From: an uncultured Pseudomonadales bacterium
GTDB lineage: Bacteria > Patescibacteriota > Microgenomatia > UBA1400 > MFAQ01
Reading direction: 5' to 3'
Assembly (NCBI GenBank): GCA_964357975.1
Contig: CAYHNG010000004.1
Location: 6,380-70,379, forward strand
Length of the DNA: 64,000 nucleotides
Every line of letters starts with the position of its first letter. Within the stretch, counting starts at the first letter, position 1. Below the pieces are notes generated by a model. That model saw only the letters and a program-made list of their open reading frames with translations. It ran no database searches and was not told the origin of the DNA. A program made the position numbers and the translations under genes. Shown piece after piece: positions 19,183 through 27,957 of the stretch.

Positions 19183-20253
19183 ATGAGGAAATTATTGATC
19201 GGTTTAATTGTTATTTTTATCTTGGTGTGGGTATCTGCTTCTGGTCAGAAAAGTCCGGCGACTTCACCACCGACGACACCGACCGGCTCGGACAAAACAA
19301 TCATCGCCGACAAATTACAGATACCTTGGTCGCTGGTATTCCTACCCAATGGCAGCATACTGTTTACCGAACGACCGGGAAGAGTCAGACAAATTACAGT
19401 TTCTGGTAAATTAGATTCAAACCCCGTTGAGACCGTATATGATGTCAAAGCCATAGGGGAGGGGGGTCTGCTAGGAATTGAGATTCACCCCAGTTTTGAA
19501 AAGAATGGCTTTCTTTATCTTTACTATACCTATGCAGGAGATGAAAACCGGACCTTAAATAAAGTTGTTCGTTATGTTTTTGACGGCACTCGCCTCTCCG
19601 CACCGAAAATTATCGTCGCCGGTATTCCGGGAAACTCTAATCATAACGGTGGCAGATTAAAGTTCGGCCCCGATGGGTATCTATACATTACCACGGGTGA
19701 TTCACAGAACCCTTCTTTGGCCCAGGACAAGAGCTCTTTGGCCGGTAAGATACTCCGTGTGACCGATGAAGGAAAGCCTGCACCGGGAAATCCGTTCAAC
19801 AATGAGATATATTCATATGGTCATCGGAATCCTCAAGGTCTTGCTTGGGATGAATCCGGACGTCTTTGGGAAACAGAACACGGCTCATCGACGGGAGACG
19901 AGATCAATCTTATTGAAAAGGGTAATAATTATGGTTGGCCAACTATCACCAAAACACAAGCCAAAGAAGGGATGTTAACTCCGGTACTTAATTCGGAAAA
20001 TGAAACTTGGGCCCCTTCGGGATTGGCCTTTGTTAAACCGTTTTTGTATTTCGCGGGCTTACGGAGCAATACTTTGTTTAGGCTTGGCACTACCACTATG
20101 AAATTCGACCGGCTCTTAAAGGGGGAATATGGCCGGCTCCGGGATGTCGTACTGGGGCCCGATGGCAATCTGTACCTTACAACCAGCAATCTCGATGGTC
20201 GATCGCTAACCCATCTGGATGGGGACAAAATAATACGTCTGACTCTTCCCTAA
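19183..20253 (+). CDS. PQQ-dependent soluble sugar (aldose/sorbosone) dehydrogenase, secreted
   Basis: Signal peptide MRKLLIGLIVIFILVWVSASG. Motifs PWSLVFLPNGSILFTERPGRV and HNGGRLKFGPDGYLYITTGD are as in YliI/Asd. Confidence 0.75.
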   Translation: MRKLLIGLIVIFILVWVSASGQKSPATSPPTTPTGSDKTIIADKLQIPWSLVFLPNGSILFTERPGRVRQITVSGKLDSNPVETVYDVKAIGEGGLLGIEIHPSFEKNGFLYLYYTYAGDENRTLNKVVRYVFDGTRLSAPKIIVAGIPGNSNHNGGRLKFGPDGYLYITTGDSQNPSLAQDKSSLAGKILRVTDEGKPAPGNPFNNEIYSYGHRNPQGLAWDESGRLWETEHGSSTGDEINLIEKGNNYGWPTITKTQAKEGMLTPVLNSENETWAPSGLAFVKPFLYFAGLRSNTLFRLGTTTMKFDRLLKGEYGRLRDVVLGPDGNLYLTTSNLDGRSLTHLDGDKIIRLTLP

Positions 20254-20279
20254 AAACTTCGATTATCCAAAAACATATA

Positions 20280-20846
20280 ATGAAAACATTAACAAAACTT
20301 CTCAACAATAACATGAAAAGTTATGAAATACGTGTTCGCCCGACCGTTCTGCCGATATTTTTTGAGAAATGGGCTTCGATGCTCTTTCTCCCCTTACGCG
20401 TTTGGCTCGGTTGGGAGTGGTTGACATCAGGCTATCACAAGCTATTTAATCCTGCCTGGATGGTCAGTGGAGAAGCCTTAAAGGGTTTCTGGGCCAAAGC
20501 TGTCGTTGTTGATGATGGCAAAGGCGCCATTACTTACGATTGGTACCGTTCATTCATTCAGTATCTGTTCGATATTCAGGCTTATACCTGGTTTGCCAAG
20601 TTGGTCGCCTGCGGAGAAATTATGGTCGGTATCGCTCTTATTATCGGGGCCTTTGTCGGCGTGGCCGCCTTCTTCGGTGCCTTAATGAACTGGAACTTTA
20701 TGATGGCCGGAAGTGCATCGACCAACCCCATGTTGTTTTTGGTCTCCATTTTTCTTATTCTGGGTTGGAGGGTTGCCGGCTATATCGGCGCAGACTACTT
20801 TCTACTGGCTTGGCTCCGCCAACGGCTCCATCCAATTTATCGCTAA
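20280..20846 (+). CDS. DoxX-family membrane protein
   Basis: LPLRVWLGWEWLTSGYHKL plus four hydrophobic helices. Confidence 0.45.
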   Translation: MKTLTKLLNNNMKSYEIRVRPTVLPIFFEKWASMLFLPLRVWLGWEWLTSGYHKLFNPAWMVSGEALKGFWAKAVVVDDGKGAITYDWYRSFIQYLFDIQAYTWFAKLVACGEIMVGIALIIGAFVGVAAFFGALMNWNFMMAGSASTNPMLFLVSIFLILGWRVAGYIGADYFLLAWLRQRLHPIYR

Positions 20847-20906
20847 TTTTTCTCTCTACTTTTCTCAAATATCGTCCACCATGCAAACTAGTCATATAAT
20901 TATGCT

Positions 20907-22154
20907 ATGAACATAGAGTTTGAAAATAAATTCGAAGAGGAGGTCATCTATCTGGGTCTGGGCGAAAAAGCATATCTGGAAACTCTTCAATCTTCCCCGA
21001 CAATCAAAGAAAGATTAAGAATTCTTCATGCAGATCCCAAGAACGTCGAAGCTCGACAGCGGATGCTACGGGCAGTTCTGAGACTTGATTATGTTTTGAC
21101 AGAAAAAGATCAACAAAATGATAAACGGTCATACGATGTACTATTAGTGGAAGAAGTCAGGCAAATTGCTTTGGATATGGTCCAGGCCCTCCCTGCGGAA
21201 AAACAAGAAGAGGCTCTCCAATTTATCAAGATTCTTGATGAGTCTCCCTGGCTATATTTTCATCTTGATAGAACCGGTAAGTCTATTGTAGATTTTTTTG
21301 AAAACACCAAACAGGCCATCAACGGAGAGAGTGTGTTGTTAACTGCAAGACAAATAGACCTTATGGAGTTTGTTGGGAGGACTCATGATATTGGCAAATT
21401 ACTTGGTTCTCTTAACGCCCAAATTGACCCCGATCATGAAATCATTTACCGTGAAATTATCGGTAAACATCTCGAAGGTAAGACTTTCGTAACTCACGAC
21501 GGACGGAAAATAGTCTTTAGCGCCAATGATGTTCAATTTATTACCGGTGTGGTTTCCTTACATGAAGATAATTGGCGGGAAGAAGGCTTCGCCCATCAAG
21601 CGGAGTTTCTGAGAAAATCAAACGATATCCGCAATCCGGAAGTGGCTCCTGCACGAGGTAGATCCATTCTTCACTTCATTGATATCTTTGGTGACGCGGT
21701 CAGATTTCAAGACGGAACTCTAAAAATCGTCGACGAAAAAGCCTTTGAGAAACGCTTTATCGATCTCTTCAGACGCCACATTAAGCTCCCCATCGTCTCG
21801 AGCGAGACCAAGTTGGTTGCGGTGGACGGTGAGCTAAAAGAGGAAAAGTTTTTTACAGATTGGTCACTTGGGAAAGTCCTTCGTCCGCAATGGGGAGAGC
21901 ACGGAGTCGCAGGATTGACCTGGACCTTCGGCATTCTCAAAGAAGAATGGGGTATAGATATTGATCCCGGTCTTATCCCGGCAGTTCAAGAAGGGATCGT
22001 TCGGGTTCTCCGGGAAGCGGAGGCGGCCATCAAAGGGGTCAGACAGAAAAATCCAAAATATAGCTACAAACAGGTAACCGACCCCGAAACCATACAGGAC
22101 GAACTTACCCTCGACCTGGAAAAGATTCAGCACTCCCTTTCGGCTCTGAGATAA
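20907..22154 (+). CDS. hypothetical protein with possible HD phosphohydrolase motif
   Basis: FVGRTHDIGKLLG resembles the HD-domain H..HD.GK motif. The rest is unrecognised. Confidence 0.3.
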   Translation: MNIEFENKFEEEVIYLGLGEKAYLETLQSSPTIKERLRILHADPKNVEARQRMLRAVLRLDYVLTEKDQQNDKRSYDVLLVEEVRQIALDMVQALPAEKQEEALQFIKILDESPWLYFHLDRTGKSIVDFFENTKQAINGESVLLTARQIDLMEFVGRTHDIGKLLGSLNAQIDPDHEIIYREIIGKHLEGKTFVTHDGRKIVFSANDVQFITGVVSLHEDNWREEGFAHQAEFLRKSNDIRNPEVAPARGRSILHFIDIFGDAVRFQDGTLKIVDEKAFEKRFIDLFRRHIKLPIVSSETKLVAVDGELKEEKFFTDWSLGKVLRPQWGEHGVAGLTWTFGILKEEWGIDIDPGLIPAVQEGIVRVLREAEAAIKGVRQKNPKYSYKQVTDPETIQDELTLDLEKIQHSLSALR

Positions 22155-22459
22155 AATCATAGAGAAATCTCCTGTACTTATCGACGTTTTATGTATAATC
22201 CTGCTATGGCCACGAGTAACGAATCACACGCTAATGACATTCTCGATGTATCGGGTGCTTGCTAAAGCTCATCTACCATTCATTTGTGAATCGCTATACA
22301 GAACGCCACAGGCTCAATTTTCAAATGAAAATAACTATTTCGAACCTCAAGTCTTAGAGGTTCGTAATAATACCCTACTATAATTTGACGACGAAATCTT
22401 GTTTTCCTGATAGTAATCATTCACCCCCCCCAGAGAGAGGGAGGTGATATGATCGGGAT

Positions 22460-23869
22460 TTACTGCTCGCAGTTTACAAACCCTTTGAATGTAGCAGTAA
22501 TTTTGTTAGTTCCTGGTTTATCGTTGCAGGAATTCACGGAACCACCAGATTTCTTACCGGCAAGATCATAACTATCTATACGTACCTTGGCATAATTCCA
22601 AGTTTTGTATTGATTATTGCTACCACCTTGGCAGGATGAAACATCCCATACAGGGATGATGATATCCCTAGTTTTCAGCTTATCAAGGGCTGATCCAACA
22701 CCAGAGGAATTGCTTACACCCGGCTTAGTCTTAATCCAGTCTCCAACTGATAAGGTGTGATCGTTAGCGTTATTTGGATTTACGTAGGTTTTGCTATCGC
22801 CTGGAGGTGTAAGACTAGTTGAAAGTGTAGGCTCACTAACACTTCCTGCCCAAGTAAGCCAACCGAAGCTACCACTACCGGTTCCGTTCCATATGTCGGA
22901 TAGAACCTGACCAGGTCTCGCGTTGGCAACGGTATCCTTGTTTAGGGCGATAGGATAAAGGTCACACTTGACTACAACTGGCTTTTCGGGACACTTCAGT
23001 GTCATAACGTAATCGTCACCTGGCCAAGCGGCTCTGGTGTAATGTTTCCATGTCGACGATCCACTCGTCCAGACGATTTCATCACCACCAGCAGCAGCTA
23101 AATTAGAAATATTATTAAATTCCGGAGGTGTTGTCCATTGGCCATCAAATGGGTAATCCACACCGTGGACTGGTGAGCCACCATTGGTCAAATAAGGCTG
23201 ATCAGGAGCGATTCGAAGATCTCCGTTGGTAAACGCAACTGTAGTAGCTCCAGTCAGGCTCATGACAGCATCGATACCCTGAAAAGGCCTTTTGGGAGCG
23301 GGTATCTCTTCAACGGCTGAAATGGCGTGAGCAATAACGATCCTACCATCTCCAATTCTTGTTAATCCAAGACCACGTACTTTAAGACTTGATCTGTAAC
23401 CTGGATTATCGTGGATCCAAACTCCGTTGGCGTCAGTCAAAGGTATCATCGCCAGATCCCCATAATTTTTGAAAGGTGCACCGGTGGAGTCACCGACCCA
23501 GCCAACACTGGTTATGGGTTGGACGGTTTCACAGAGGCGACCTTCTTTGCAATAAGTTCCGGTGTAATCGACCTTGAGAAAGACTTGTCTCTTACAAGCG
23601 GGAATCGAAGCGGAACCGGCTAGAAGTTTATTGTCGCTTGCAGTGATGCCAACATTAAGGTCACCGGCGGCACCACCACCATATACTTCAATGCATTCAC
23701 CTTCTGAATTGGGAGTACATTTTACCTCAGCAGCCTTACCCCTAAGATCTTTTTCTTGTTGCGCTCCGTAAACAACCACTCCTAATATTGAAACTGCCAA
23801 TATCCCCAGAAATAACTTCGCGAAAATAAGGAATGGTTTCTTTTGTTTGTTGTAGCTCTTTTGTGGCAT
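22460..23869 (-). CDS. secreted or surface-anchored Cys/Gly/Ser/Thr-rich hypothetical protein
   Basis: N-terminal signal-anchor (FLIFAKLFLGILAVSILGVVVYGA). About 20 cysteines are spread over 469 aa. No catalytic motif recognised. Composition differs from its neighbours. Confidence 0.5.
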   Translation of the reverse strand: MPQKSYNKQKKPFLIFAKLFLGILAVSILGVVVYGAQQEKDLRGKAAEVKCTPNSEGECIEVYGGGAAGDLNVGITASDNKLLAGSASIPACKRQVFLKVDYTGTYCKEGRLCETVQPITSVGWVGDSTGAPFKNYGDLAMIPLTDANGVWIHDNPGYRSSLKVRGLGLTRIGDGRIVIAHAISAVEEIPAPKRPFQGIDAVMSLTGATTVAFTNGDLRIAPDQPYLTNGGSPVHGVDYPFDGQWTTPPEFNNISNLAAAGGDEIVWTSGSSTWKHYTRAAWPGDDYVMTLKCPEKPVVVKCDLYPIALNKDTVANARPGQVLSDIWNGTGSGSFGWLTWAGSVSEPTLSTSLTPPGDSKTYVNPNNANDHTLSVGDWIKTKPGVSNSSGVGSALDKLKTRDIIIPVWDVSSCQGGSNNQYKTWNYAKVRIDSYDLAGKKSGGSVNSCNDKPGTNKITATFKGFVNCEQ

Positions 23870-23980
23870 AGCTTTTAACTGATACTAATTATAAATAATA
23901 CTAAGTCCCAAAAATCAGTTTGTCAAATATGTGTATGAGTCGCATACATATTATTTTTTTCTGCGGCCCACATTCCTACG

Positions 23981-24147
23981 TCATCTCGAGCGAAGTCGAG
24001 AGATCTCACTCCATTCCAATTCGGTCGGGATGTTCTTGTCATTCCCGCGAAGGCGGGAATCCATCAAATTATTCACCACAACTTCGCATTGAGCGAATCA
24101 TTGAGACAGCATTTGGCCTGTCGGCCAAAGTGCCTGCTTCGCAGGCA
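23981..24147. repeat. array of five short GC hairpins in a 298-bp intergenic region; the first unit belongs to a dispersed 34-bp repeat family
   Basis: Hairpins: CTCGA-gcgaag-TCGAG; ATTCCCGC-gaag-GCGGGAAT; TTCGC-attga-GCGAA; TGGCC-tgtc-GGCCA; TGCCTGC-ttc-GCAGGCA. Unit 23981..24014 is 28/34 identical to 42716..42749. Confidence 0.5.
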
Positions 24148-24167
24148 ATAAAACACTTGATAAACTT

Positions 24168-24434
24168 TCAAAAATCTTTTCTATCCCTAATTCTCCCGTC
24201 TCTTCCGTGAATAAAAAGCGATGATCCTTGATTCTTAGCCATAATCTCTGCCGTATTTTTTGCCTCTTGTTGAGTACCGAAGATCTTCGCAGCACGTTGA
24301 GATCCGGCTTTCTTTACAATCCAAGCTCCATTTTTTGGAAGTACATGCTGGCTTTCTCTACCCTTTTGGACAGCCTCTTTGTAAGACTTAATTTGAGGGT
24401 GATTCTGGTCTGTGGTAAGTGTGATTTTCCGCAT
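24168..24434 (-). CDS. DUF2188-family small protein
   Basis: KNGAWIVKKAGSQRAAKIFGTQQEAKNTAEIMAKNQGSSLFIHGRDGRIRD matches the DUF2188 pattern (..GW.V...G..RA...F.TQ.EA...A...A.N....L.IHG.DGRIR). Confidence 0.55.
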   Translation of the reverse strand: MRKITLTTDQNHPQIKSYKEAVQKGRESQHVLPKNGAWIVKKAGSQRAAKIFGTQQEAKNTAEIMAKNQGSSLFIHGRDGRIRDRKDF

Positions 24435-24568
24435 ACTATCCGATTAACTGCTCATTAACAATTTTGATTATATCAGCTTCACTCATCTGTATCTTATTAA
24501 GGTATTGCAATAATTCTTGACGATCATTGAACAAAAGTTCCTTAAAAACCATTTTTTGACTTCTCGTA

Positions 24569-25045
24569 TTAAGAGCTCTCAATTAAATTGATTTCTAAAT
24601 CTGGGAAATTCTCTGAGATCCAAAGTAATGTTTTTCTTGATCCGGAATGTGTCCTGTAAAAATGTGAAGAGCTGAATCTTCTGTCTCTGTGTAGAAATGC
24701 ACTGAAAGCTCTTCCGAGATCATCGGGAATAACCGAAAAAATCACAGGCTCTTTACCAGATTTAATAATCTTCTCTATTTTTATCCTTGCCCCTTCAGGC
24801 GTTTGAAGAGTTCCGTCAAAAATAATGTATTGACGATTTCCTAGTTGCGTCATCAAAAACTCTGTTTTTCCTGAGGCTGAGCCGCCGTTCAGTAAAACCA
24901 CCTTGTTAATACTACTAGTCTTCAATACACTCGCAAATTCCTTATCGGCTTTCTTGGCCGAGACAGAATGAAATTCTTCAGCCTTTGCCGGAGAATAATT
25001 GGGAAGTGATTTCTTTATTTCATCAGCTGAAATGATTACTGCCAT
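24569..25045 (-). CDS. short P-loop NTPase with zeta-toxin/AAA_33-like kinase features
   Basis: Walker A VVLLNGGSASGKTEF followed by YIIFDGTLQT, compare zeta toxin LLGGQSGAGKT ... LLIEGTLRT. Only ~158 aa, and the region is AT-rich. Confidence 0.4.
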   Translation of the reverse strand: MAVIISADEIKKSLPNYSPAKAEEFHSVSAKKADKEFASVLKTSSINKVVLLNGGSASGKTEFLMTQLGNRQYIIFDGTLQTPEGARIKIEKIIKSGKEPVIFSVIPDDLGRAFSAFLHRDRRFSSSHFYRTHSGSRKTLLWISENFPDLEINLIESS

Positions 25046-25070
25046 AATATAATTATAGATACTAACAATT

Positions 25071-25475
25071 ATGAGCAACAAAACAGACGATTTTGATTTT
25101 CAAGTCTTCACCAAGGCTGGACAAGTTGGTAAAAAATTTAGATATTACGTCCTATTCACCACAATCAATGATAAAAAACTAACTGATCATGACAAAGAGA
25201 TTATTGAATATACTCTCGATTTAGTAGACAAAAGATATAAGAGCAAAGTCGAATCTATTTCATATGGTGATGACACTTACGTTCATCTACATTGGCTAAT
25301 CCCAGACAATGTCGCCGAACAAGCAATATGTGATCTATTCCTAGATGCTGTTTCATCTAAATTCTGTATTCTAAACTATCATTTTAATAGTTCAAACATA
25401 GACGATTTTACAAAACAAGACATCATCAAATACAAAAAATTCTTAAAAACCATTAAGAATGAGAGGGATGACTAG
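25071..25475 (+). CDS. hypothetical protein (AT-rich; divergent from, and overlapping, the P-loop ORF start)
   Basis: 134-aa ORF, Lys/Asp-rich, no motif. Confidence 0.3.
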   Translation: MSNKTDDFDFQVFTKAGQVGKKFRYYVLFTTINDKKLTDHDKEIIEYTLDLVDKRYKSKVESISYGDDTYVHLHWLIPDNVAEQAICDLFLDAVSSKFCILNYHFNSSNIDDFTKQDIIKYKKFLKTIKNERDD

Positions 25476-25558
25476 TCTTTTGAAGTGACTTTCTGAGAAA
25501 AGGAAGCCAAATCTCTACCTTTTAAGATCCCAGAAATCTGGGCGAAATTTATTTAAGG

Positions 25559-25631
25559 TGACCCCGGCGGGACTCGAACCCGCGATATTCAGGATGAAAA
25601 CCTGACGTCCTAACCACTAGACGACGGGGCC
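25559..25631 (-). tRNA. tRNA-Glu (anticodon TTC)
   Basis: Reverse complement is GGCCCCGTCGTCTAGTGGTTAGGACGTCAGGTTTTCATCCTGA...GGTTCGAGTCCCGCCGGGGTCA. Cloverleaf has a 7-bp acceptor stem and anticodon loop TTTTCAT. No encoded CCA. Confidence 0.85.
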
Positions 25632-25645
25632 AAATGTTAACAAAG

Positions 25646-25718
25646 TGGGTCAGGCGGGACTCGAACCCGCGACACCCTGCTTAAAAGGCAGGTGCTCTAA
25701 CCGACTGAGCTACTGACC
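25646..25718 (-). tRNA. tRNA-Lys (anticodon TTT)
   Basis: Reverse complement is GGGTCAGTAGCTCAGTCGGTTAGAGCACCTGCCTTTTAAGCAGG...GGTTCGAGTCCCGCCTGACCCA. Anticodon loop is CTTTTAA. Confidence 0.85.
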
Positions 25719-25926
25719 CATGATAACTTACAAGATTATTTTAAGGTAATTTTGGGATCTAGATAAGGTGCCTTTTGAGCTACCCGCCTGCAGTAGTTAT
25801 CGCTACAGCGATTGCGGGCAGGCTGACCCAAGAACCACGCTCATATTTTATCATTTACAGGGTACAAAATAAACCTGAAAAGGTAACTGGTACTTATTGG
25901 GCTTTCTGTGGCTGTACAATCAAATT

Positions 25927-26397
25927 ATGAAGATTTTAGGTATCGATCCCGGAACGGGCAGGGTAGGGTGGGGGATAGTCAATCACAATAAAGGGGTTGA
26001 CACTTTTGTAGACTGTGGCTGTTTCGAGACCAAAACCAACTCGGAACTCCCGGATCGATTGGCTCGAGTTTATGAGTTTATCGAAAACCTCATCAATCAG
26101 CATCATCCGGACGCTTTTGCCGTAGAATCGCTCTTTTTTGAAAAAAATGCCAAAACTGCGATCGACGTGGCCGCCGCCAGAGGAGTTATTCTATTAGCGG
26201 GGCAACAAGCTCTTCTACCAATTTTCCAGTACACCCCACTTCAAATTAAATCAGCCCTTACTGGCTATGGCAAAGCAGAAAAAAGCCAAGTGGAGTTCAT
26301 GGTGGGAAAGATATTGCATCTAAAAGAGAAAATAAAACCGGATGATGCTGCCGATGCGGTGGCCATTGCTCTTACTCACGCCTTTCGGGTTCGGTAA
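25927..26397 (+). CDS. ruvC: Holliday junction resolvase RuvC
   Basis: MKILGIDPGTGRVGWGIV. Also DAFAVESLFFEKNAKTAIDVAAARG and DAADAVAIALTHA. Confidence 0.85.
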   Translation: MKILGIDPGTGRVGWGIVNHNKGVDTFVDCGCFETKTNSELPDRLARVYEFIENLINQHHPDAFAVESLFFEKNAKTAIDVAAARGVILLAGQQALLPIFQYTPLQIKSALTGYGKAEKSQVEFMVGKILHLKEKIKPDDAADAVAIALTHAFRVR

Positions 26398-26417
26398 GGG
26401 TCTGCTAGAATGGGTCT

Positions 26418-26975
26418 ATGATTGGCTATCTGGAAGGCGAAATCAAATATGCGAGCAAGGGCAGAATAATTCTTTTTGCCAACGGTATCGGCTTTACGGT
26501 ATTTATACCCCAAAGCTTAGTCTTTTTAGAAAAAGATTTTGCCAAGCTTTTTATTCACACCCATTTACGTGAAGACAATCTATCTTTATTTGGCTTTTCC
26601 ACCGCTACCGACCTAGATCTGTTCGAACTTCTTATTAGCGTTTCCGGCGTTGGTCCCAAGATTGGACTTGCCATCTTTACCGCTACCGATGCTCCCAATA
26701 TTATCAAGGCCATCAAAACCAGTAATCTTAGTTTTTTCAACTCAATTTCCGGTGTCGGAAAGAAGACCGCTCAAAAAATAATCTTGGATTTAAAATCAAA
26801 AGTTGGTAAGGGAGAAATAAATATGAAAAATCTGGAAGGATCATCGGAATTGATTGATTCTTTGGCTTCACTTGGGTTTCAAAAACAAGAAATTCTACCC
26901 ATTATCGTGGAGATTGACAGTTCGCAACCGTTACCCGCACAAATTAAATCGGCCCTCAAATTACTTAGAAAATGA
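26418..26975 (+). CDS. ruvA: Holliday junction branch migration protein RuvA
   Basis: MIGYLEGEI...GIGFTVFIP, and LISVSGVGPKIGLAI (HhH). Confidence 0.85.
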   Translation: MIGYLEGEIKYASKGRIILFANGIGFTVFIPQSLVFLEKDFAKLFIHTHLREDNLSLFGFSTATDLDLFELLISVSGVGPKIGLAIFTATDAPNIIKAIKTSNLSFFNSISGVGKKTAQKIILDLKSKVGKGEINMKNLEGSSELIDSLASLGFQKQEILPIIVEIDSSQPLPAQIKSALKLLRK

Positions 26976-27931
26976 TAAATCAATTCGAGTCAACTAGACC
27001 ATCCACTTGGCTTGATTTCTCCGGACAACCTCAAGTAGTCAAATCCCTGAAGATTGCCATCTCCGCCGCCAAGTCCAGAAACGAGCCAATGGAGCACACA
27101 CTTCTTTACGGTCCTCCTGGTCTTGGTAAAACAACTCTCGCCCACATTATTGCCAATGAAATGGGTGTCAATCTCAAAATAACTTCCGGACCGGCCCTTA
27201 CCCGCGCCGGGGACCTTGCCTCAATCCTGACTGCCCTAGAGCCCGGAGACGTTCTGTTTATTGACGAGATACATCGCTTAAACAAAACTGTCGAAGAGGC
27301 GCTTTATCCGGCCATGGAAGATTACGCGGTAGACATAATCTTGGGAAAAGGTCCGGCCGCAAAAAATCTCAGACTGGACCTGAATCCTTTTACCTTAGTG
27401 GGAGCCACTACCCAAGCCGGGAAAATCAGTTCACCCCTTCGTGACCGTTTCGGTATCGTTCACCGTCTGAGATTCTATGTTCCCGAAGAACTTCAGGGTA
27501 TCATTCAAAACGCCGCCGAAAAAATTAATCTCCGGTTGGATGATCAGTCTACTTTGGAAATAGCTAAACGTTCTCGAGGAACCGCACGTATTGCTCTCAA
27601 GTTGCTTCGTCGTGTTCGTGATTACACCCTAGTCGAAAACAACTCTATCACCTCACCGGACAATATCAAAACATCGCTGGATTTCTATCAAGTGGATCAA
27701 GAGGGTTTAGACGAAACGGATAGAAGGCTGCTTCGGGCTATTATCGAGCAGCATGCCGGAGGGCCGGTCGGCCTGGAAACTCTCGCCGCCCTTATTTCCG
27801 AGTCTGTCGATACCATCACCGATCTTTACGAACCTTATTTGCTTCAATCGGGTTTTATTTCCAAGACCGCCAAGGGGAGAGTCGCTACTCCCAAAGCCTA
27901 CGATCATCTTGGACTAAAATCAAAGACGTAA
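26972..27931 (+). CDS. ruvB: Holliday junction ATPase RuvB
   Basis: LLYGPPGLGKTTLAHIIANEMG, VLFIDEIHRL, GATTQAGKISSPLRDRFG. Confidence 0.9.
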   Translation: MINQFESTRPSTWLDFSGQPQVVKSLKIAISAAKSRNEPMEHTLLYGPPGLGKTTLAHIIANEMGVNLKITSGPALTRAGDLASILTALEPGDVLFIDEIHRLNKTVEEALYPAMEDYAVDIILGKGPAAKNLRLDLNPFTLVGATTQAGKISSPLRDRFGIVHRLRFYVPEELQGIIQNAAEKINLRLDDQSTLEIAKRSRGTARIALKLLRRVRDYTLVENNSITSPDNIKTSLDFYQVDQEGLDETDRRLLRAIIEQHAGGPVGLETLAALISESVDTITDLYEPYLLQSGFISKTAKGRVATPKAYDHLGLKSKT

Positions 27932-27957
27932 ATAATTGAGATTGATATAATCTTGGT

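Noticed and set aside
22427-22434. C8 homopolymer as a phase-variation switch for the surface-protein gene
   Set aside because: The tract lies 3' of the gene's stop codon, not in the coding region or promoter. It is kept only as a low-interest note.
25740-25835. Possible third tRNA or structured RNA upstream of the tRNA pair (CCCGCCTGCAGTAG...GCGGGCAGG)
   Set aside because: Imperfect stem-loops only. No T-arm GTTCRANYC or D-arm features could be formed on either strand.
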